64,000 bases of DNA from Candidatus Altimarinota bacterium (lineage in GTDB: Bacteria > Patescibacteriota > Gracilibacteria > UBA1369), in the NCBI GenBank assembly GCA_963677745.1, contig OY782391.1, positions 1,120,001 through 1,184,000 of the forward strand, given 5' to 3'. Shown one piece after another: positions 10,281 to 22,300 of this stretch. Made by a program: the position numbers and the translations under genes. The notes under the pieces are model-generated. The model did not search any database, was not told the origin of the DNA, and saw nothing but the letters and a program-made list of their open reading frames with translations. Position 1 is the stretch's first letter. Every line of letters starts with the position of its first letter.

Positions 10281-10300
10281 CTTGCAGTGAAAAAATTTTT

Positions 10301-11890
10301 CTAGGCCACCATTTCTCCGCCGAAGACATTGAGGGCGGACTCAATCACATTATTTTTGACGGAGGACTTTTCGGCGGGAAGACTTTCGGCAGCTTTGTCG
10401 GAGGATTCTTCAGCCGTTTCCCCCAGTCCGGAGGAAGTCGTATTATCCTTTACCAGACCGGGATCGACTTTCCCCGTCAACTTGATGGGTTGACCTGTCT
10501 CTTCCAGAATAGCCTTTTCCGAAACAGCCAGCAGTTCCGGCACAAACAGTTTGTCCTTGTTGAAATGATTGCTGAAAGCCAAAGTCAAATTGCCGTTTTC
10601 CAGGGAGACCGGTTTGGCGGCCATCAGACAGCGCTTGGCTAATGGCAGATGAATCCTTTCAATCACTTTGTTCCATTTTTTTAGAAAATCTTTCAGTTCA
10701 GGCGTGTTTTTTGTATCCTCGGACAGTTCCGACGGTTCAGGGCCGGAATACGGTTCTGCCAGTTCAGGGTCTTGTGTTTTCGTGTCCGGCTTTTTTATCT
10801 GTGTAATTTGAGTCGGTCGTGGCGTGGGTCTGGCCTGTTCATCCTGGTTCGGCATGTTTCTAACCCCGGATTTGGCAATGGCCACCTCCAACGGCAGTTC
10901 CGGTATATAGGAAAACTTTTGTTTCTCGTAGGCCTCCTGAAAATACCCGATTAGCTCAATAAATCTGGCTGTATTGGCTCCGCTCTCCTGTTTCACGGCT
11001 TCCAGCAGTCTTTGGCGTAAAAAGTCCAGAAAATCACGGTTGAATTGCACCAGGTCGACTCCCGCCTGGAATATCTGGTCGAGTTTCAGCATGGCGTCGG
11101 CGGTTTGTCCGTTTTGCATCATTTCCAGAATTTCCTCGCAGGCGGAATAATGACTGATGCCCAAAACGCTTTTGACTCTGGCCGCATCCAGCTTCTTGCC
11201 GGTGGCAATCTGTTCCAGCAGTGTCAGGGCATCGCGGGCGCCGCCCCGGGCATGTTTGGCAAGAATGCGGACAGCCTCGTCTTCCGCCTCAATTCCTTCG
11301 ATTTTTGCCACCTGTTTTAGATGTTCTACCAGTATTTCTTCGGTAATCCTGCGGAAATCAAATCTCTGGCAGCGGGAAATAATCGTCTCCGGAACTTTGT
11401 TGATTTCGGTGGTGGCCAGTATGAAATAGACAAAAGAAGGTGGTTCCTCCAGGGTTTTCAGCAGGGCGTTGAAAGCCTCCTTGGTCAACATATGCACTTC
11501 ATCGATGATGTAGACCTTGTTTTTGGCTCTGGTGGGGGAGTAATTGATTTTCTCGCGCAGGTCGCGTATTTCGTCAATTCCGCGGTTGGAAGCGGCATCA
11601 ATTTCAATCACATCGATCAGCCGGCCGGCATCGATTTCCTCGGCCAATTCCGAGTCGTCAAAACGGCCATCCTCGGTCATGGTATCCACGTTGATGGCTT
11701 TGGCCAGCAGACGGGCTGTGGTGGTTTTGCCGGTGCCGCGTGGACCGGTAAACAGATAGGCGTGGGCAATCTTGCCGGACTTGATGGAGTTCAGCAGCGT
11801 CACCTTAATATGTTCCTGCCCGATCAGACTGGGAAAATCTTTGGGGCGGTATTTTCTGTATAGTGACATAATTGCTACATTATTGGCCAT
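10301..11890 (-). CDS. dnaX: DNA polymerase III subunit gamma/tau
   Basis: LYRKYRP, GPRGTGKTT, EIDAASNRG, IIDEVHML, SRCQ. Confidence 0.97.
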   Translation of the reverse strand: MANNVAIMSLYRKYRPKDFPSLIGQEHIKVTLLNSIKSGKIAHAYLFTGPRGTGKTTTARLLAKAINVDTMTEDGRFDDSELAEEIDAGRLIDVIEIDAASNRGIDEIRDLREKINYSPTRAKNKVYIIDEVHMLTKEAFNALLKTLEEPPSFVYFILATTEINKVPETIISRCQRFDFRRITEEILVEHLKQVAKIEGIEAEDEAVRILAKHARGGARDALTLLEQIATGKKLDAARVKSVLGISHYSACEEILEMMQNGQTADAMLKLDQIFQAGVDLVQFNRDFLDFLRQRLLEAVKQESGANTARFIELIGYFQEAYEKQKFSYIPELPLEVAIAKSGVRNMPNQDEQARPTPRPTQITQIKKPDTKTQDPELAEPYSGPEPSELSEDTKNTPELKDFLKKWNKVIERIHLPLAKRCLMAAKPVSLENGNLTLAFSNHFNKDKLFVPELLAVSEKAILEETGQPIKLTGKVDPGLVKDNTTSSGLGETAEESSDKAAESLPAEKSSVKNNVIESALNVFGGEMVA

Positions 11891-11980
11891 TAATTTTTAC
11901 ACGTTTCCCGCCGAAAGTTAAACCAAAATTTCTGGACAGAATAGGCAAACTGTTACTGTCGGACGGTCGCCTCAAAAGAT

Positions 11981-13126
11981 TCAGACGGCTGTTGATTCCA
12001 GCGATTTTTTGATAAATTCCGCAATTTCTTTTTCAAATCTTTCAGTGGAAAACCGCAAAGCATCCTTCCGGATGTTTTCAGCGTGGTATTTTTTTTCATT
12101 CAATAGCATCCTGGCCAGAGCATCCTCCATCGAAGCCAGGTTTTGTTCGTCAAAAAATTCACCGTTAAAACCGGGTTTGATAAATTCCAGGGCCCCTCCC
12201 GCCTTGTAGGCCAGAACAGGTTTGCCGCAGGCCAAAGCCTCAATCATGGTGATGCCAAAATCCTCCTCCGAAGGGAAAATATAGCCGCGGCAGTTTTCCA
12301 GATATTTTTTGCATTCCTGATCCGTGAGCCTGCCTTTGAATTCGATGTTAATATCGGCAGTCGATTCCAAAAATTGCCTTTCCGGCCCCTCGCCGATGAT
12401 CACCAGTTTTTTTCGGGTTTTATTAAACAGATTGACCGCCAGATCGATCTTCTTGTAATCGGTCAGCGTCGAAATTATCAGAAAATAATCATCATGATCG
12501 GGATTGGTCTCAAACCTGTCCGTGTCCACCGGTGGATAAATCAATTCTGATTTTAGACGGTAATATTTATCAATCCTTTCCTGTACGTGCCGGGAATTGG
12601 CGATATAAAAATCAGGCCGGTCCGCCGCAATCTTGTCCCACAGCCGGATTTTCTCCAGAGAACGGGTGGCCAGCCACCTTTTTACCGGTCCAAACCACTT
12701 CTGTTGCAGGTACTCATGAGTATAATCCCAGGCATAGCGCATCGGGGAATGGCAATAGCAGACATGCACCGTTTCCGAACCGGTCAGTGCTCCATGGGCA
12801 AAAGCCGAACTGGAACTGATCACCAGATCGTAATCGCTAAAATCAAATGACTCGATGGCAAAGGGCATCAAAGGAAGCAGCCAGCGGTAGCGGCGCCGTA
12901 TGAATTTCGGGAATTTCTGCAAAAACGAAGGGCGAACCCGCTCCTTGGGAAAATCTTTTCCGCATTTGGATTCATCGTAAAGCAGTGTATAGACGGTAGC
13001 TTCGGGATACATTTCCGAAAGCTTTTTTACGACTCTTTCCGCACCGCCCATTTTGACCAGCAATTCGGCTACCAGGGCAACTTTTGGTTGATGTTTGGTC
13101 TGATCTGCCTGTTTGAAACTATTCAT
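11981..13126 (-). CDS. glycosyltransferase family 4
   Basis: GGAERV, YCHSPMRY, EDFGITMIEALACG. Confidence 0.93.
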   Translation of the reverse strand: MNSFKQADQTKHQPKVALVAELLVKMGGAERVVKKLSEMYPEATVYTLLYDESKCGKDFPKERVRPSFLQKFPKFIRRRYRWLLPLMPFAIESFDFSDYDLVISSSSAFAHGALTGSETVHVCYCHSPMRYAWDYTHEYLQQKWFGPVKRWLATRSLEKIRLWDKIAADRPDFYIANSRHVQERIDKYYRLKSELIYPPVDTDRFETNPDHDDYFLIISTLTDYKKIDLAVNLFNKTRKKLVIIGEGPERQFLESTADINIEFKGRLTDQECKKYLENCRGYIFPSEEDFGITMIEALACGKPVLAYKAGGALEFIKPGFNGEFFDEQNLASMEDALARMLLNEKKYHAENIRKDALRFSTERFEKEIAEFIKKSLESTAV

Positions 13127-13128
13127 GC

Positions 13129-15240
<2,112 letters not shown>

Positions 15241-15326
15241 TCAAAGGTACTTTAACCAAAATTTCAGATTGTTTCAACCTGCCCGGAAAAATGTTATTAT
15301 TATTGAGAACAATTATTTGAGAATTT

Positions 15327-15797
15327 ATGGAAACTCAACTGGGCAGCCAGGTCGTCGAAATCAAAAACGAGGGCCAAAAAGTAATTTATCTGATCCGCAA
15401 AGCCTATCTGGAAGGTTCTCTGTCTGTCTCCTCCAATCCCACCGCCGAAGTTCAATTTATGCTCAATAAGCCGACTGCCATCGATAAGAAACAATATCAG
15501 GCTGATCCCAAAGACCAGGTGTTTTTGAAAGAAATTATTAAAAGAGTTGAATCCGGCGAAATCAAGTTGTATTCGCCTTCCACCTTGCTCAACCCGGCTG
15601 TTTATGAGCAGGCCCCTGCAGAACTAAAAGCCAAAGCAGACTATGATATTCTGATTTTGATTCACAAAATCCGCCAGATCAAGAAATTATGGGATGAGGG
15701 GGCTAAAGGCAGCTATCAGATTATGAATCTTGTCAACTCCCTGCGTTTGGCTAAAGAAAGCCTTGAAACCCAGCAAGGAGACATTTTTGTCATCTGA
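15327..15797 (+). CDS. hypothetical protein (156 aa)
   Basis: ORF with typical composition behind a TGTTATTAT -10-like element. Confidence 0.75.
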   Translation: METQLGSQVVEIKNEGQKVIYLIRKAYLEGSLSVSSNPTAEVQFMLNKPTAIDKKQYQADPKDQVFLKEIIKRVESGEIKLYSPSTLLNPAVYEQAPAELKAKADYDILILIHKIRQIKKLWDEGAKGSYQIMNLVNSLRLAKESLETQQGDIFVI

Positions 15798-15819
15798 TTA
15801 AGGTTGCAGGCGGCTTTTA

Positions 15820-15848
15820 TTGAAAATAAAGCGAAAAATTGGTATAAT
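15820..15848 (+). promoter_or_regulatory. sigma70 promoter
   Basis: TTGAAA-17 nt-TATAAT with TG extension, 24 nt upstream of ATG 15873. Confidence 0.8.
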
Positions 15849-15872
15849 TAACGGATATCAATATAAAAACCA

Positions 15873-16505
15873 ATGCCAACAGATCCCAGCAGTGGTGACA
15901 TACAGATTACAGCGGCAGGACCCGCACCGACTTCACCGGCTTCCCAGACACCTGGACCGGCGGCTGCTTCAACAGGTCAACAGCCGGTCGCCCAAGCTCC
16001 GGTCGTAACAACTCCTGTGGTAGCGCCTGCAGCCGCTCAACCGGCTGTCCCCGCTCAACCGGCAGCTCCCGCCCAGCCTGTCAATAAAAAAGCCTTCAAC
16101 CTGGAGGAGGGGGTAGCGGAGGCCTCAACCGGCCCGGTCAAACCCGATAAATTTGCCATCCCCAAAATCGTCCGCGAAAAATATCCGGATCTGGTTGAAC
16201 TGATCAAAGTTACTGAGTCGATGGACGATCAGGAGCGACAATACTGGTTCCAGATTCTGCCGGTCATGACGCCCGAGCAGGTGGAAAAATTCCGCGGCAT
16301 TCTGGTCACGGAAAAAGAACAGCTGGCCCAGTTGGACAAGGAGTATGAAGATGAATTGAATCGTCTCAACGACAAGCATCTGCTGGAATGGAAAGAATTT
16401 GAATCAAAGGAAAAGAGCAAAGCCATCAAAGACGCCGAAGCCAAAAGCAGTGAGGAAGAGAAAAAAATGGAAGAGGATCTGCTGGCCAAACTCAGCAACG
16501 TATAA
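15873..16505 (+). CDS. hypothetical protein: Pro/Ala-rich N-terminus plus helical C-terminal domain (paralog of 39564..40043)
   Basis: Consensus promoter upstream; shares a motif with 39564..40043. Confidence 0.85.
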   Translation: MPTDPSSGDIQITAAGPAPTSPASQTPGPAAASTGQQPVAQAPVVTTPVVAPAAAQPAVPAQPAAPAQPVNKKAFNLEEGVAEASTGPVKPDKFAIPKIVREKYPDLVELIKVTESMDDQERQYWFQILPVMTPEQVEKFRGILVTEKEQLAQLDKEYEDELNRLNDKHLLEWKEFESKEKSKAIKDAEAKSSEEEKKMEEDLLAKLSNV

Positions 16506-16514
16506 AAACACTTC

Positions 16515-17474
16515 ATGCCGGACTACCGCTTCGGGGACAAAGAGGAGCAGACTTCAAAAGCTACGCCGGAAAGCCGCCCGATTCCTGTTGAGGACGGCGC
16601 GGTCACTTTCAAAATCGGACATCCGGAAGTCCCTTCGGCATCAGCCGCTCCAAACCAGACTGCGCCAGCCGGTTCTTCCGTTGTTGCCAAGACTGCCCGG
16701 CCAGCCTCTGCCAGACCCCGTCAAACTGCTTCCAAAGGTTCTCTGCATCTGACCAACCGCATCTGGCATCTGCTGGAATTTATTGCTGTGACAGCGGTGG
16801 TTTTTACGGTGTTATTTTTTATCATCAATTTTGATTCATACAGCCGTCTGTTTATGAGCAAGCTGGATCAGCTGCGCGGACAGATGAACAGCAATCCTTA
16901 TACGCAGCAGGAGCAGCAGGCACTGAAAACAGCTTCCCCCGAGGGCCAGAAACCTTTGCCCATCATCAGCAATCCCCAGGCCACCAAAAAACAAATTCCC
17001 GAACTTAACCTGAGTATCGCGCCTCCCGACGACCGAATAATTATTCCCCGTATTGGACAGAATGTCCCGATTGTCCGGGTCCCCACCGACAAACTGATTC
17101 AACGCGACTGGTCGGCGCTGGAAAAACAGATTCAGGACTCATTGCGTTACGGCGTGGTGCACTTTCCCGGCACTGCTTTTCCCGGAGACAGCGGGAATGT
17201 TGTGATTACCGGTCACAGTTCGTATTTTCCCTGGGATCCGGGTCGTTTCAAAGACGTATTTGCGTTGTTGCATCAGGTGGACGTAGGGGATGAAGTGATC
17301 GTTTATCACGATCAGACCAAATATCGCTACATAGTCTCGGAAAAAAAGGTAGTCAAACCCAGCCAGGTTGACGTGTTGACTCAGGAGGGAGGAGATCGCC
17401 TCACCCTCATCACTTGTACGCCGGTGGGGACTGACCTCAACCGTCTGATTGTTCTGGCCAAACCCGAGGTGTAG
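16515..17474 (+). CDS. sortase
   Basis: TM helix, then GNVVITGHS, LTLITCTP and downstream R (His/Cys/Arg triad). Confidence 0.93.
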   Translation: MPDYRFGDKEEQTSKATPESRPIPVEDGAVTFKIGHPEVPSASAAPNQTAPAGSSVVAKTARPASARPRQTASKGSLHLTNRIWHLLEFIAVTAVVFTVLFFIINFDSYSRLFMSKLDQLRGQMNSNPYTQQEQQALKTASPEGQKPLPIISNPQATKKQIPELNLSIAPPDDRIIIPRIGQNVPIVRVPTDKLIQRDWSALEKQIQDSLRYGVVHFPGTAFPGDSGNVVITGHSSYFPWDPGRFKDVFALLHQVDVGDEVIVYHDQTKYRYIVSEKKVVKPSQVDVLTQEGGDRLTLITCTPVGTDLNRLIVLAKPEV

Positions 17475-17586
17475 AAAATCGATCGGGACTATTTGAAACA
17501 AATGCAGCAGCATCTGGACCAGGGAGGTATGCCGGGGGAGGTGAATTGAGGCGTGGAGCGGCAGTCCATTTAATACACTGTTGATA

Positions 17587-17619
17587 TTCGTAAAGGTAAG
17601 AAAATCTTACTTTTACGAA
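17587..17619. repeat. dispersed palindrome, copy 1
   Basis: TTCGTAAAGGTAAGA-AAA-TCTTACTTTTACGAA; related copies at 31498 and 36751. Confidence 0.75.
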
Positions 17620-17802
17620 GAGCGTTTGTAGAGATTATGTTCCCCCTTGAACAGAACAAGTCAGATAGTCAAAAATGCCCCAGGCCCATTGTCAAAAAAC
17701 GTAAAATGTTGTACTATTATATATAGCGTATTGATTTATTCAAAAAATTCAATATATTCGATCTTCACCAAGTTTTTCTAACTATAAGTTACTAAATCAA
17801 AT

Positions 17803-19668
17803 ATGCAGAACCCAGTAATCCCGGAGTCGTCCAAACAAGCCGAACAATCCTTACTAGCCGTACAGCCGGAACAACAGGAACATCATGAACAGGCCGAACA
17901 CTCCGAACACATTGAATACTCCGATCAACAAATAGAACGCGCCCATGAAGTACTGGGAATTTCCGGTATGCCCTATCTGATTCTGGAAAGCGATGCGGCC
18001 AAATTTGCCGAACGAAATATTGATGTCAGTCAGTATTTGAAACAGCACGATACCTCTTTCTTTGCTCCCGGAGCTATTCCCAATCTCTTCAAGAAAAATA
18101 AATGGAATCAGGTATTTGTGGAAATCGGTAAGAATTCCAATGTCCAGGAAATCGGTAAAATGGAAATTACTCAGGGACAAGAAGTACAAATCAAGATTGG
18201 CGAAGGCACTTCCATTGCCCATGGAGTTAAATTTCTGCCATCGGATGGCGAAATGGTTAATTACACTATTGGAAATAATGTATTTATCGGTATTGGCACA
18301 CATTTGGCCGAGGGGGTTATTGGCAATAATTGCAATATTGGCTTCAATTGCCGCCTGGAAAATGACGTCGAAGTCGGAGATTATGTGACCATCTGTGACG
18401 GTGCGGTCATTGAGGAAGAAATCAAACTCCCACCGTTTACCGTGGTTCCACCGGGTCTCAGGGTTACGCGTGAAATAGCGGAGAAACCTGCTGTCAGCCC
18501 CGCAGAATATGTGGAAATGACAAAAAATGCCACCGAACCGGTAAAGACATTAATCAGGTTTACTTTTGAGCAACAGCAGGAAATTTTACATGCCGAAGCA
18601 CCTGACCAACTGAGTGAAAAGAACGGGGTAAACGGCAATCTGAAAGCCAATAGCATTCTGGATCAGGCTGGCGTGGAAGCCAGTTCACTTTTCCTGACCC
18701 AGTTTAACCGTATTGTTGTCAGTGAAAACCGGCTCTTCCCTTTGATGTACCGGTTGATTGGCAAATTCCACCCGGAACACGTCGAAAATAGTGACCGGTC
18801 TACTGAAGCCAATACTTATGGCAACAATGTCCAGATCATGGATTTACCGGTAGATCGTACCGCCTTTATTAAGCATTATATGGATCAGGTCAAGAATGGT
18901 GTACAGGAAGGAGATATTGCCCCTTATCAGGGCGAATTTACCACTTGCCAGGTGGACTGGGACCGGGTCAGATTTAAGGGAGATACTCATTTAATTGGTC
19001 CGATTGAAATCACAGGGAATAGTGAGTTTGGAAAACATTTTGTGGGAAGATTTGATGAAGGAAACAAAGGGGACAAGTTAAAACTTAACAAGTGTAATTT
19101 GGGTGCACATACTACTTTCCATGCCTCCGGCAGTAAGACTTTAGACTCAGTTGAGGCGGGTGATGAATGCGTCTTTCACGGAAGTATCTATCTGGTGAAA
19201 ACCGCTTTGGGCAGTTCAATTATTCTTCATAACGTCAGTGCTTTGGGCAGTAACCTGCATGGCGATTCAATTTTACTTGGTGCGACGATCAAGGACTCCA
19301 CTGTAGGAACAGGGAATGTTATCCTTGGCCACCACGGACAGATTGATTTGGAATATATCAATACCGCCAAACATATGGTGGTTTTACATAAAGTTAAAAT
19401 TTTGGGCAGAGGGAAAGAACGTGACCAGCTGATCTGGTTCGGTAACGGCAGCAAGATCAGAGAAAATACTGTTATCTATGGTCGCGGAGCCATTAAACGC
19501 AATCAACTTTTTGGTCCCAATGGAGTTTATGAAATTATTCCCGGCCAGGAAGTCAGAAAACTGACTCCTTCCGAAATGAGTAATTTTATAGAGAATCTAA
19601 CTGAACAGGGGGTTATACAACTCCAATCTATGATCAGCGATTCCACCGAGTCACAACTGCCATCCTGA
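17803..19668 (+). CDS. tandem left-handed beta-helix protein, gamma-carbonic anhydrase (Cam/CcmM)-like
   Basis: Hexapeptide repeats in two blocks; IGKNSNVQE and SIAH in block 1; RFDEG, TTFHA and VFHG in block 2. Confidence 0.75.
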   Translation: MQNPVIPESSKQAEQSLLAVQPEQQEHHEQAEHSEHIEYSDQQIERAHEVLGISGMPYLILESDAAKFAERNIDVSQYLKQHDTSFFAPGAIPNLFKKNKWNQVFVEIGKNSNVQEIGKMEITQGQEVQIKIGEGTSIAHGVKFLPSDGEMVNYTIGNNVFIGIGTHLAEGVIGNNCNIGFNCRLENDVEVGDYVTICDGAVIEEEIKLPPFTVVPPGLRVTREIAEKPAVSPAEYVEMTKNATEPVKTLIRFTFEQQQEILHAEAPDQLSEKNGVNGNLKANSILDQAGVEASSLFLTQFNRIVVSENRLFPLMYRLIGKFHPEHVENSDRSTEANTYGNNVQIMDLPVDRTAFIKHYMDQVKNGVQEGDIAPYQGEFTTCQVDWDRVRFKGDTHLIGPIEITGNSEFGKHFVGRFDEGNKGDKLKLNKCNLGAHTTFHASGSKTLDSVEAGDECVFHGSIYLVKTALGSSIILHNVSALGSNLHGDSILLGATIKDSTVGTGNVILGHHGQIDLEYINTAKHMVVLHKVKILGRGKERDQLIWFGNGSKIRENTVIYGRGAIKRNQLFGPNGVYEIIPGQEVRKLTPSEMSNFIENLTEQGVIQLQSMISDSTESQLPS

Positions 19669-19777
19669 AAACCGCCGCAACTCAAACGAAAATTATATCG
19701 CAAACACTTTCTCAGGCCGGATTGACAATTGTGGGGAATTTGGTTCAAAGTATGCCCGCTATTAACAGCAAATTAGG

Positions 19778-20836
19778 GTGAAAATCGCAGTGCTCGCCTC
19801 GGGCGGGGTGGACAGTTCGGTGGTACTGAAATTGTTGCAGCGTGAGGGCCACGATGTGACCGCTTTTTATCTTAAAATCTGGCTGGAGGATGAGCTGAGT
19901 TTCCTGGGCAATTGCCCTTGGGAAGAGGATTTGCAATACCTGAGGGAGATCTGTGCGGCCGGCGGCGTGCCTCTGCAGATTATCAATCTGCAAAAGGAAT
20001 ACCACCAGGAGGTGGTTTCCTATGCCCTACGCGAGATCAAAGCCGGCCGCACCCCCAACAGTGATCTTTTGTGCAATTCCAAAATCAAATTCGGGAAATT
20101 CTATGAAAAAATCGGTCCGCAATTCGATCTGGTTGCTTCCGGACATTATGCTGACAAAACCGTTATTGACGGACAGCATTTTCTGACCCGTTCCAAAGAC
20201 ACCTTCAAGGACCAGACCTATTTTCTGGCTCATCTCAATCAGGAGCAGCTGAAACGCGCGGTTTTCCCGCTCGGCCCCTACCTCAAATCCGAAGTCCGCG
20301 ATCTGGCCAAACAATTCAAGCTGCCCAACCAGGCCCGCAAAGACAGCCAGGGGATCTGTTTTCTGGGCAATATCAAGTATCCTGATTTTGTGCGCTTCCA
20401 TCTGGGGGAAAAACCGGGAGATCTGATCAACTACGATACCGGTGAAATAGTCGGCCGGCATGAAGGATATTGGTTCTACACCATCGGCCAGCGCAAGGGG
20501 ATTAAACTCTCCGGAGGACCCTGGTTTGTCATAAAAAAGGATATTGCTGCCAATACCGTTTATATTTCCAATACCTACCACGACCTTTCCAAAAAGCGTG
20601 ATCACTTTGAAGTGGAGGATTTACACTGGATTTCAGGTCCACCGACTCCCCAAAATTTGCAGAAGCTGCAGGTAAAAGTCCGTCATGGAGAAAAACTTTA
20701 TGATGCCACTCTCAGTCTTTTGGACGGCCGGCGGGGAAAAGTGACAATCGAAGGCTCCGACCAGGGTTTCGCCGCCGGCCAGTTTGCAGTCTTTTATAGC
20801 GGCGAATTTTGCCTTGGTTGCGGGACAATCATCTAG
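19778..20836 (+). CDS. mnmA: tRNA 2-thiouridine(34) synthase MnmA
   Basis: SGGVDS, TPNSDLLCN, SGHYA, KDQTYFL, KDSQGICF, YTIGQRKG. Confidence 0.97.
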   Translation: MKIAVLASGGVDSSVVLKLLQREGHDVTAFYLKIWLEDELSFLGNCPWEEDLQYLREICAAGGVPLQIINLQKEYHQEVVSYALREIKAGRTPNSDLLCNSKIKFGKFYEKIGPQFDLVASGHYADKTVIDGQHFLTRSKDTFKDQTYFLAHLNQEQLKRAVFPLGPYLKSEVRDLAKQFKLPNQARKDSQGICFLGNIKYPDFVRFHLGEKPGDLINYDTGEIVGRHEGYWFYTIGQRKGIKLSGGPWFVIKKDIAANTVYISNTYHDLSKKRDHFEVEDLHWISGPPTPQNLQKLQVKVRHGEKLYDATLSLLDGRRGKVTIEGSDQGFAAGQFAVFYSGEFCLGCGTII

Positions 20837-20898
20837 GCCGGACTATTTGGAGAATTTCAAAAAGGTGTTATAATTATAACAGGAATATTTTAAGAATT

Positions 20899-22185
20899 AT
20901 GGCTAATCAAAACCCCTCAAAACCTGATCCGATCAACGACGATATTATTTCGGAGCAGGAGGCAAAAATAGACTCGGAGACGGTTCAATTCCGCCCTGAA
21001 CAGGTTACTGTTCCGGATATACGGCAAGTTGATCTGGTTGAAGAGATTTCCCGCGATGACACACTGCCCACGGCTGAAAGATCCAAAGTGGCCGAACTGA
21101 CCCTAAAATTCTCTTCCGAAGGCGATGAGGAGTCGCAGCGCGGACTTGCCGACACCGCCAGCGAAGCGATGGTTCACTACGATGCCGGAGCCCGGATGGA
21201 TCTGGAATCCCGCGAAGCCAAAGACGGTGTGGATCTCAGCAACAAAATCATGCGCAGGGGAAACTTCCCAACCGAAGAATATCTTTCGGACATGGGATAT
21301 TACGGATTTGACGTGAAACACGATTTCGATAAAAAGGAGACGGTTTATTCCCAGTCGACTTTTGGCAGACTGATGCTCACATTGGAAAAATGGTTCTATC
21401 GCAAACGTGATTCCGGCTCACTTAGAAAGGGCAGAACGGTCAGGGAAAAGATCACCGGCAAAAATCACGCCCCCCAAATTGTCGAACGGGCCAAAGTTCT
21501 TGGTCAGGAACAGTATTTTTCCCTGAATGATCAGGGCCAGGTGGTCGAAAAGACCTCCGATCTGACCGGCGGAGCCAGTCTGGATGATCTGTTGCGTTTT
21601 CATAAAAGGGAAGATGCTCCTGCGATTCATAAAAAAATGACGGAAAAGGAAAGAGAAATCGCCGCCAAAGGTTACCAATTCCTTCGTGATCTGGCACCTC
21701 AAATTGAAAACAGTCTGGCCATGTCAGCCCGGACAGTCCAAAGAATCCATGAACAGTCCGGCGGCGGAATCGGGGAGGTATTATGTAATGACCTTATTTT
21801 ACAATTGGATAACGGTAAAGTGACAGGAGTCCGCCTGGCCCTGCCCGACGTTCAATATGCGGAAGGTGTGGACGCCCTGGAACAAAAAGCCACCGACCTG
21901 GCCGATTTTTGCTTTTCGGCCGGCAGCGCGGGCTTCCAGGTCTATGGAGAAGATCAAGCCAGATCATATATCCGAACCATCCTTTCCAATTATGATGACG
22001 AAATGGTCAAATCCGCCCTTCTGGCGACGGTTCCCAGCCGTCCTCACTACGGTTATATCACCAACCGTCCCAGACTGGGATTTGACCGTATGAAAAATTC
22101 CAAACAAGTTTTTGAACAGGTCCGCCAATTGATTATCGATGAGTTGCATAAAAAACCGCCGCTGTTGCCGCAAAAAGCCGAATAG
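20899..22185 (+). CDS. hypothetical protein with degenerate kinase-like C-terminal domain
   Basis: ATG follows TGTTATAAT (20866-20874); IHEQSGGGIGEVLCNDLIL...DLADF pattern. Confidence 0.7.
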   Translation: MANQNPSKPDPINDDIISEQEAKIDSETVQFRPEQVTVPDIRQVDLVEEISRDDTLPTAERSKVAELTLKFSSEGDEESQRGLADTASEAMVHYDAGARMDLESREAKDGVDLSNKIMRRGNFPTEEYLSDMGYYGFDVKHDFDKKETVYSQSTFGRLMLTLEKWFYRKRDSGSLRKGRTVREKITGKNHAPQIVERAKVLGQEQYFSLNDQGQVVEKTSDLTGGASLDDLLRFHKREDAPAIHKKMTEKEREIAAKGYQFLRDLAPQIENSLAMSARTVQRIHEQSGGGIGEVLCNDLILQLDNGKVTGVRLALPDVQYAEGVDALEQKATDLADFCFSAGSAGFQVYGEDQARSYIRTILSNYDDEMVKSALLATVPSRPHYGYITNRPRLGFDRMKNSKQVFEQVRQLIIDELHKKPPLLPQKAE

Positions 22186-22300
22186 ACAATTGCCTGCAGG
22201 ATGTGGTTTTGCCCCTTACTAATCACAAAAAAAAGTTATTTTACATCAGGAGAAAGAATGGTAAAATAGCTTGTACAGGAAACACCTCATTTAACTGCCC

